IMG/VR virus record: IMGVR_UViG_3300045988_030968 | Coordinates: 1-44,150 of that record | DNA: 44,150 bases | Origin: a virus | Taxonomy: Duplodnaviria; Heunggongvirae; Uroviricota; Caudoviricetes | Direction: 5' to 3' (one strand) | Shown: piece after piece, positions 34,526 through 41,855 of the stretch | Numbering within the stretch: position 1 is the first letter of the stretch | Layout: each line of letters begins with the position of its first letter | The notes under the pieces: generated by a model | Told to the model about the DNA's origin: nothing | The model's input: the letters and a program-made list of their open reading frames with translations, nothing else | Databases searched by the model: none | Translations under genes and position numbers: made by a program

Positions 34526-34754
34526 ACTCATCAATATTGCTTCGATACTCCCGTAACTTCTCCAGACTTTCAATTGCTTCTGCTAAGTCGGTCCCGGTGT
34601 CCTTGTGGCCGCGCAAGCCCATACACAATAGCTTCTTCAATGCGTGCTGTAGCGCCGGGTCGCGGATATCGAAGGCGCGTAGCACGTCATAAACGTCTAC
34701 TGCCATAGTGCTGCCGTGAGTGTTTGTCATTGTGCGGTTATATTTTGAAGTCAT
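34524..34754 (-). CDS. Hypothetical small protein, last gene of reverse-oriented cassette
   Basis: 76 aa; ATG overlaps upstream stop (ATGA). Confidence 0.5.
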   Translation of the reverse strand: MTSKYNRTMTNTHGSTMAVDVYDVLRAFDIRDPALQHALKKLLCMGLRGHKDTGTDLAEAIESLEKLREYRSNIDE

Positions 34755-35881
34755 CCCAGCATCTCCGGTGAAATAGTTAAACGTGCGACCTCGCCGTATT
34801 CGGCGCTATAAGTAATTACGTTTGCACTGCGGCCTGACATCCATCCGCCGCGGGAGGCGTAGGCGTCTTTAGCCGCTAAGGTGCGGTGTTGCTCAACAAT
34901 CATGTTACGGCTTTCTACAATCTTCTGGTGATGCAGGTGGCCTACGTGAGCGTAGCTGTACTCGCTTTCCCCGAATGCTTTTCTGAACTTAGATATCATA
35001 ATTGGTTCGACCACCTCAAACCGACATTTATGACCATGTGTGAAGAACAGCGTCGTTTTGCCGTGGCGCACCATCTTGTACACATCCGGCGACGTATCAA
35101 CGAACACACGCGGCTCGTTGTCATACAGCGTACTGAACATCTCCGCTAACCAAATCATACCCGATTCGTCGTGGTTTCCTTGCACGATAAGCAAGCGAAC
35201 ATTTTTATGCTTAACCAGAGCCATATCAACAACACGGCGCACCATACGAATCATGTAGCGCACCAGTTTCTGATAGCGGGTGTCCGCATCAAGAATATGA
35301 CCACTCGCTGGCGTAACGGCATCAAGACTATCGAAGTGCGCGAGGTCGCCAAGCAGGTTAATAACCCCAGTTCCCGCGTCCGGTGCTTTCTGAAATGCAG
35401 CATCGAACCAGCGAGAAAACAGGTCTTCAGCAATCTTCATATCCCAGTCGTCGCCGCTTTCATCGGCCCAGGCCAGCATACCGAGATGGAAATCAGATAC
35501 CGTGTAAAGATTGAGTAGTTTATCGTCGCGTTTAGCCCGAATGGCTTTAACAGGAGCAACGGGGGTAATCTCCGACTTCATCCCTTCGATTACGGCTTTC
35601 ATCAACTCTACCTGACGTTCGGCATCGGTGTCGGTCTTAACCCATTGCAGCTTAGTGTTGCCGAACTCGTCCACAAGTGACGACGTGCCTTTAATCTTGT
35701 AGCCGTCTGGTACAAGGTGACTAACGTCGCGCCCGTGGCCCACGCCTTTCTTTGCCAGCTTCGCTTTACGGATACGAATAACGCGGTCTGAGATGCCGTA
35801 TTTACGGGCGATATCGATATTCTTCATCCCGGCGTTCAATTCTTCCTGTAACTGTTCGTCGGTTATTTTCTTCTGGGCCAT
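34751..35881 (-). CDS. HTH-containing calcineurin-like metallophosphoesterase
   Basis: 376 aa; N-terminal HTH KNIDIARKYGISDRVIRIRKAKL; phosphoesterase motifs DFH, GDLAHFD, GNHDE, THGH, GHLHH. Confidence 0.6.
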   Translation of the reverse strand: MAQKKITDEQLQEELNAGMKNIDIARKYGISDRVIRIRKAKLAKKGVGHGRDVSHLVPDGYKIKGTSSLVDEFGNTKLQWVKTDTDAERQVELMKAVIEGMKSEITPVAPVKAIRAKRDDKLLNLYTVSDFHLGMLAWADESGDDWDMKIAEDLFSRWFDAAFQKAPDAGTGVINLLGDLAHFDSLDAVTPASGHILDADTRYQKLVRYMIRMVRRVVDMALVKHKNVRLLIVQGNHDESGMIWLAEMFSTLYDNEPRVFVDTSPDVYKMVRHGKTTLFFTHGHKCRFEVVEPIMISKFRKAFGESEYSYAHVGHLHHQKIVESRNMIVEQHRTLAAKDAYASRGGWMSGRSANVITYSAEYGEVARLTISPEMLG

Positions 35882-35919
35882 GCTTACTTCCTCGTGTTTA
35901 GGATTTGTCCTATGCTAGC

Positions 35920-36111
35920 TCACTTCTCGTTAACATTCGAGTTGCACGCCCAGATTAAAATAAAGACCCACGGCAGCAGAACCCAACCAAGAAACAGATT
36001 AGCCGTGAATATCGCCAACTTCGCTTTATGGTTGCGGAAATACGCAACCAGGAAAGGCGCGAAATAAGCGAGAAGTGCAAACAGAATTAAGGAAACTGGT
36101 AAACTGGACAT
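35920..36111 (-). CDS. Superinfection immunity protein (T4 Imm-like small membrane protein)
   Basis: Start at ATG 36111 after AAGGGG; LILFALLAYFAPFLVAYFRNHKAKLAIFTANLFLGWVLLPWVFILIW matches Imm-family pattern. Confidence 0.6.
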   Translation of the reverse strand: MSSLPVSLILFALLAYFAPFLVAYFRNHKAKLAIFTANLFLGWVLLPWVFILIWACNSNVNEK

Positions 36112-36137
36112 TTTAAACCCCTTCATTGTTGGTGTAA

Positions 36138-36170
36138 GTGAATAGTACCCTATTATATTGGGGTGTGCAA
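36138..36170 (-). promoter_or_regulatory. Conserved promoter, copy F (minus-strand TTGCAC-17-TACTAT)
   Basis: Differs from copy E at 2 of 33 positions. Confidence 0.5.
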
Positions 36171-36277
36171 GTAGTGTGTTAGAATAAGTTTGCGCCTAGT
36201 GTCGCACACGAAAAGCGGGTGGTTCCCGTCTGGCGCATTTTCCTTAACCTGTAACCTCTTAACCAAAGGATTAAAGA

Positions 36278-36694
36278 ATGAAACTTTCTGATTTTTATTT
36301 CGAAGAGAAAGCACTGGTAGGCAAGAAGATGCCGATTCTGCTGCCGAATGGTGAAGACTCCGGTGAGTGGCTTAACGTTGTAAGCCCTGATGCTGATGCC
36401 GCTGTTAAAGCTGGTCGTGCTTTCATTATTGCGTACCGTCGCGGGTTGGCGCGTTTCGAAGAACTGGAAAAAGTCGCCAAAGAAACCGGCGACTATACTG
36501 AATATAACCTGGCGGTTAACGAACTGGCGGAAGACCTCAACCGACAACTCGCGGCAGAAGTCGTAAACGGCTGGAGCTTTGACGAGCCTTTCTCTAAGGA
36601 AGCGTTTAACAAATTGCTCGACCAGTTCAAGGCATTAGGTACACAGGTAGCAGCGTTCCATAACGCTGAGCGCAAAGCATTACAGGAAAAGTAG
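36278..36694 (+). CDS. Tail assembly chaperone (gpG-like)
   Basis: 138 aa directly upstream of tape measure gene; ends at slippery GGAAAAG. Confidence 0.65.
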   Translation: MKLSDFYFEEKALVGKKMPILLPNGEDSGEWLNVVSPDADAAVKAGRAFIIAYRRGLARFEELEKVAKETGDYTEYNLAVNELAEDLNRQLAAEVVNGWSFDEPFSKEAFNKLLDQFKALGTQVAAFHNAERKALQEK

Positions 36695-37059
36695 ACGCGC
36701 TGTACAGGTTCGCCACCTACGAGTTCGTTGATAAGCATAAAATCAGAGAGTTTGATTCTATAGCCGACGGACATGAACAGGCGCTTATCGCGATGGGTGT
36801 AATCGATAAGAAAAAACGTGCAGCGCGACGGGGTGGGCCGGAATGCCCGCCCCTTTTTATATCCACCTTTGAGACGTATTGCGACATTAAGTTTACGCGA
36901 CACGTGCGCGAGGACGCTGTAGTATTGTTTGCAAGAGAATCCGTTACGTGGCAAGACCTGAAAGCCTATCTCGATGTTACGCAAAAACAGCTTAGCCTGT
37001 TCGAGATAGACATTATCATGGGCTTAGAAGCAATCTTTGAAGGTAGAAATCATGGCTGA
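36278..37059 (+). CDS. Tail assembly chaperone frameshift product (gpGT-like, -1 shift at 36685-36691)
   Basis: -1 frame is open from 36670 to 37059; heptamer G GAA AAG immediately before G stop. Confidence 0.5.
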
Positions 37060-39475
37060 TACCGCTAGTTTGATAGTACGAGTATCATCGACCGGCGTCG
37101 ATAAAACCACATCACAACTGAACGGGCTTACTAAGGCGGCGGGGGCTGCCGCGGCAGCCGTCGTTAGTCTGGAAACCGCTAAGCAGGTGTTCAGTGCGCT
37201 GGTGGACTCCCAGCGCAACTTCGATAAGCTGAATTCCGGCCTCATCACGATGACCGGGAGCGCTGAGAACGCGGCTAAGGCTTTCAGCGTCCTGCAACAG
37301 TTCGCAAAAGAAACCCCATACGGGCTTAACCAGGCAGTGGAAGGCTTTACTAAGCTGGTGGCTCTGGGCCTGAACCCCAGCAAAGAAGCGTTAATCTCCT
37401 ACGGCAACACCGCCGCGGCTATGGGTAAAGACCTTAATCAAATGATTGAGGCTGTGGCGGACGCCAGTACCTTTGAATTTGAGCGCTTAAAAGAGTTCGG
37501 CATCAAGTCCTCCCAACAGGCAGATACAGTGTCGTTCACGTTCCGCGGCGTAACGACTACTGTTAAAAAGAACTCCGAAGAGATTCAGAAATACCTTCTG
37601 AACATCGGCAACACGGATTTCGCCGGGGCGATGGAGACGCGCTCTAAGACGTTAGACGGGCAGTTATCCAGCCTAGCGGACTCCTTTGACGGCCTTGTAC
37701 TCGCGGTGGCGCAATCAGGTTTCGGCGACGCCGTAGGCGAGCAAGCTGCGACCGCGGAAGATGCTATCACGGCGCTTACCGACGCCATCGCGTCTAATGA
37801 GATAGCCGCTACACTCCAGGATTGGGTGACACTGTTCAATGAATCGTTCAAGTTTATTTCTGATGCCTTGAACGACCTGGCATTTGACACCGAGGACAAA
37901 TCCGCGGATATGTCCGACTCGCTAGGGACTATACCGGACGCCATCCGTGAGTGGTTGCCTGACATCCAGCAGACATTCCACGAGGTTATTGCGTGGTTCC
38001 AGCGCATTGACGATTACGCGGTAGCGTTAGGCCAGACCCTTGCCGACGTGTTTGACCCGAGCAAAACGGCAGCGCTCACATTTAAAAACCTAACCGCAGA
38101 GGCTGACGCTGCGTACGCCGCCAGTATAAAACGTGCAGAGGCTGAATCACAGGCCATCACCAACAGGTCTAAGCAGCGTAAGAAAGAAATTGAGGAACAG
38201 CGCAAGCAGTATGACGAGCGCAAGAAGCAAGAAATTGACTTAGCCAGCCTTGTTAATAAAAAGGGCGGAACTGGCGGAACCGGAAATACCAACGACAAAG
38301 ACGCGAAAGCCGCTGCTAAGAAAGCGGAGCAATTGCGCAAACAGGCCCAGGATTATCTGGACACTTTGGCGCGTCAGAACAACGATGAGTTAAAGGCTAT
38401 TGACGCGCAGGAACAGCAGAAACTTAAAGAGGCCGCTAAATACCGAAAAGAAGGGGCGCTAACCGCTGAAGAGTATGAAAAGGCGAAAACCGCAATAGTT
38501 CTTCAATACGGACAAAAGCGCCAGGACGCTCTTGATAAAGAGTTAGCCGAGGAGCAGAAAAAACTGCAACAAGGCGTGGCTGTTCTGGCGTCAATCGACC
38601 CTATCGCAAACTTACAGCTCGAGCGGCAGAAGAGACTCGCAGTTATAGAGGAATACGAGGCCCAAGAAAACTCAGTACATGAAGTCGCGTTGCAAGCACG
38701 GGCAGAACTGGACAAGCAATACAACGAAGGGTTGGCCGCCGCAGCTGAGGAGCGTTTCCGCAGCCAATCCGAATGGAACAACATGTTAATGGACTCCCTC
38801 GATGCGGTTGGTGCATCCGCGTCCAGTTCCATAGTCGGTCTTATTAACGGCACACAGACCGCGAGTGAGGCAATGGCAAACTTGGGCAGCGCCATTCTAT
38901 CCTCAGTCGTTTCAGGGCTAACACAGATGGGGGTGGAGTACCTGAAAAACATGATTATCGGGCAAACGGCATCCGCGGCGACTATCGCGACCGCATCGGC
39001 TACCGGCGCGGCGATTGCTGCAGCGTATGCCCCCGCCGCAGCGATGGCGTCCCTGGCTACTCTCGGGACAAACAGCGCCCCAGCGATGGCGGGCATCACA
39101 TCAACGGTGGCGAGTACCCAAGCGTTGGCCCTAACTGGATTCCGTGAACAAGGCGGGCAAATGAACGCTGGCGGCAGCTATCTTGTCGGCGAGCGTGGCC
39201 CTGAGATTATCAAGATGGCGGGGGCAGGGCGTGCGGTAAACGCAAGCCAAACACGGCAACAGTTAAACGGTAATAATAACGGAAATAGTGGGCCAGCCAA
39301 TATCAGCATTATAAATAACACCAGCGCACAAATTGGAAATACCAGTGTTGAGCAGGATGATGAAGGCCGTTTGCGTATCATCATAGAGGAGCAAGTTGCC
39401 GCTTCGCTGCAGAATAGTAACAGCAAAATATCGAAAGCGAGGAAGGCTACAAGAAACGCCCCTGGCTTTAAGTGA
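37052..39475 (+). CDS. Tail tape measure protein
   Basis: About 808 aa, Ala/Gln/Glu-rich coiled coil; start at internal ATG of track ORF. Confidence 0.8.
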   Translation: MADTASLIVRVSSTGVDKTTSQLNGLTKAAGAAAAAVVSLETAKQVFSALVDSQRNFDKLNSGLITMTGSAENAAKAFSVLQQFAKETPYGLNQAVEGFTKLVALGLNPSKEALISYGNTAAAMGKDLNQMIEAVADASTFEFERLKEFGIKSSQQADTVSFTFRGVTTTVKKNSEEIQKYLLNIGNTDFAGAMETRSKTLDGQLSSLADSFDGLVLAVAQSGFGDAVGEQAATAEDAITALTDAIASNEIAATLQDWVTLFNESFKFISDALNDLAFDTEDKSADMSDSLGTIPDAIREWLPDIQQTFHEVIAWFQRIDDYAVALGQTLADVFDPSKTAALTFKNLTAEADAAYAASIKRAEAESQAITNRSKQRKKEIEEQRKQYDERKKQEIDLASLVNKKGGTGGTGNTNDKDAKAAAKKAEQLRKQAQDYLDTLARQNNDELKAIDAQEQQKLKEAAKYRKEGALTAEEYEKAKTAIVLQYGQKRQDALDKELAEEQKKLQQGVAVLASIDPIANLQLERQKRLAVIEEYEAQENSVHEVALQARAELDKQYNEGLAAAAEERFRSQSEWNNMLMDSLDAVGASASSSIVGLINGTQTASEAMANLGSAILSSVVSGLTQMGVEYLKNMIIGQTASAATIATASATGAAIAAAYAPAAAMASLATLGTNSAPAMAGITSTVASTQALALTGFREQGGQMNAGGSYLVGERGPEIIKMAGAGRAVNASQTRQQLNGNNNGNSGPANISIINNTSAQIGNTSVEQDDEGRLRIIIEEQVAASLQNSNSKISKARKATRNAPGFK

Positions 39476-39520
39476 TAATATGGATATTAGGTTAACATCC
39501 AATCTATCGAGGTTCAAATA

Positions 39521-40918
39521 ATGAGCGAAGTATATTTCCCACGTAGCCTTAAGCCGGTGGTATCGAAAGGCTACTCAATGACCAGACGTAACAACGTCTG
39601 GAGTGTTGATTTAGCCGGCGGCGGTGTACGTCAGGGGCGCGACACGTATTACGACGTGTTCCCTATAAGCGTAACCCTGGTTACATCGGCGCTGGGGCGG
39701 CAGGCGTTTCTGTCGTTCCTCGAAAAAGTCGATGGTGGTGCGTCAAGTTTCTGGATGGCGCATGACTTCGGCATGGGTATTCAGGATTACCAAGTAACAA
39801 TCACGTCAACCATCGCAGAGTCCACAGAAGACGGCATTAACTGGACGATTACTTTCACGGCAACCGCTGAGAAATCGCCGTTCCAGAACCTCGAGAACCA
39901 GTGCCTGATTAACAATCTGCCCGATTTGTACGGCTGCTATGGTGACTGCCTGGGTAGTTTCCTGAAAATATATGCTAACTATGAGACGACATTCCCGCGC
40001 ATTTGGAGTAACGAAGGCCCTGCTGGCTATCCGCCGATTAACCTTCTGGCATCTACACTGGATAGCCGAGTCATTTACGAAGGGCCGCAGATTTACTATA
40101 TCAACCGCAACGGCAATCTTGTGCAATCAGCGGTTAATCAATGGCCTCTTACGTTTATCGGTGGTGTTGCTGTTGGGCGCGTTCCCCCTGAAGCCGCAGC
40201 GGAAAACAGAATCAAATTTTCAGATGATTTCTCTAACGGTATATGGACCGGAAACAGGCGTGTCACAATAACAAAAGTATCTGATTCTGGGTATGAGAAT
40301 GCCTTTAGCTTAGTGGCTCCCAACTCTGAAAATAATAACCACCAACTTGGGCAAACTGTCGTCCTTGATGACTTTAGCTCAATAGTGCTTTCTGTGTTTG
40401 TGAAACCAGATGGGTATAACATCATTCGTTTACGCCTGACAGACCCCATATCGTTGTGGCGAGATGTAGTTATCAATATATCAACCGGCGACAAAATATC
40501 GGGAACTGGAGAATACCATCTGACAGAAGTTGGTAACGGATGGAAAAGATTGTCCCTTTATGTATCCCCGAGAGAGGAGGCTGGGTTATCACGCATTATA
40601 TACGGAATATGGATATATTCTAATGATGGGCAACCTGACTTTTCTGGCGATGGTGCGTCAGGAATACTCGCGTATGGGGCGCAGGTTGAAATCGGCGGTC
40701 AGCCTTCATCATTAATTGCAACAGAAAGCAATTATAGGGCCCGACCGTCGGCATCGGCAAAAGTAGCCATGAATGGTGCGACAAGCATCGACATTACATA
40801 CTCTGATGGTTCTACCGTAAACGTGCCCGCAGTAGATAACTACGCCACCATCCCCCAAGCCGATTCGGCGTGGGGCAGTAAATATATTACTCGTATCGAC
40901 TTTAATGTGGACGGTTAA
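39521..40918 (+). CDS. Minor tail protein, gpM-like N-terminus with large C-terminal extension
   Basis: N-terminal SKGYSM...AFLSFLEKVDGGASSFW resembles lambda M; residues ~240-410 encoded by low-GC DNA. Confidence 0.55.
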   Translation: MSEVYFPRSLKPVVSKGYSMTRRNNVWSVDLAGGGVRQGRDTYYDVFPISVTLVTSALGRQAFLSFLEKVDGGASSFWMAHDFGMGIQDYQVTITSTIAESTEDGINWTITFTATAEKSPFQNLENQCLINNLPDLYGCYGDCLGSFLKIYANYETTFPRIWSNEGPAGYPPINLLASTLDSRVIYEGPQIYYINRNGNLVQSAVNQWPLTFIGGVAVGRVPPEAAAENRIKFSDDFSNGIWTGNRRVTITKVSDSGYENAFSLVAPNSENNNHQLGQTVVLDDFSSIVLSVFVKPDGYNIIRLRLTDPISLWRDVVINISTGDKISGTGEYHLTEVGNGWKRLSLYVSPREEAGLSRIIYGIWIYSNDGQPDFSGDGASGILAYGAQVEIGGQPSSLIATESNYRARPSASAKVAMNGATSIDITYSDGSTVNVPAVDNYATIPQADSAWGSKYITRIDFNVDG

Positions 40919-40921
40919 TTT

Positions 40922-41437
40922 ATGAGCCAGGAATCAGTAGAAGCCGCCTATCGCCGTAAGCTGGCCTCAAATCCCGACGGCGAGATGGACTACATAACGT
41001 TGCAAATAAGCCACCCGTTGCTGTCAAAGACGTACTATCTTGTGCGCGGGCTGCAGGAACTTACGGCAACACTGGAGACAGGCGAAACAATCACGTTCGA
41101 GCCAACCCCGATGGAAGCGTCGGGAGCGGCCAACAACAGTGATATGGACCAGACGACGACGTTTACTTTACCGGATATTCTCAATCAACTGGATGATGAG
41201 ATGGGTAAAATCCCGATGAGTAACACCGAGTTGCCGAAGTTCGTCTTCCGCCGTTACGTCAGCTCCGACCTGTCTTATCCTGCTGACGGCCCTGTCGTGT
41301 ACGAGCTACAGGCCATCAACCAAGAGAAAGGTGAGTTCTCCGCTGATGTCGGTACGCCTATGCTGAACCAACGAAGCACTGGTATACTGATGACACCTAA
41401 AGAGATACCGTTATTACGCGGCCTGTTGACCACATGA
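40922..41437 (+). CDS. Minor tail protein (gpL-like position)
   Basis: 171 aa between gpM-like and gpK-like genes. Confidence 0.45.
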   Translation: MSQESVEAAYRRKLASNPDGEMDYITLQISHPLLSKTYYLVRGLQELTATLETGETITFEPTPMEASGAANNSDMDQTTTFTLPDILNQLDDEMGKIPMSNTELPKFVFRRYVSSDLSYPADGPVVYELQAINQEKGEFSADVGTPMLNQRSTGILMTPKEIPLLRGLLTT

Positions 41438-41799
41438 ATATTAACGACTACACGGGCATACCTTACGACTTTCGTAAACGCAATTGCTGGCATCACGTTC
41501 GCATTGTCCGCGCGGATGCCGGATTAGAGACCCCCGCGTTCGACGTTACAAGCCCAACGGCGATTAACGATGCGTTCGACGAAGGGCATCGCGATACAAA
41601 GGGGCTTACAAAAATCGATAGGCCTGAAAACTTCTGTGCCGTGCTTATGGGGTATCGCCGTGGTGGTCGTATCGTGTGGCACGCGGGAGTTTACTTTGAC
41701 GGGATGGTGAGTCATTGCGAACTTGCCTCACGTCAGGTACGGCTTGACAGGCTGGCGGACCTCAGAGACACGTACACGGAGATTGAATTTTGGCGATAA
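41434..41799 (+). CDS. Tail assembly protein, gpK-like NlpC/P60-type
   Basis: Cys/His signature NCWHHV and WHAGVY. Confidence 0.55.
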   Translation: MNINDYTGIPYDFRKRNCWHHVRIVRADAGLETPAFDVTSPTAINDAFDEGHRDTKGLTKIDRPENFCAVLMGYRRGGRIVWHAGVYFDGMVSHCELASRQVRLDRLADLRDTYTEIEFWR

Positions 41800-41855
41800 T
41801 CCTGCACTACACGCGAAACGCCGACGGGGCTTTCGACCGTACAAAACACGTCGGG

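Noticed and set aside
38503-39099. 198-aa minus-strand ORF and neighbouring antisense ORFs
   Set aside because: Antisense to the tape measure gene; Ala-rich reverse-frame artefact.
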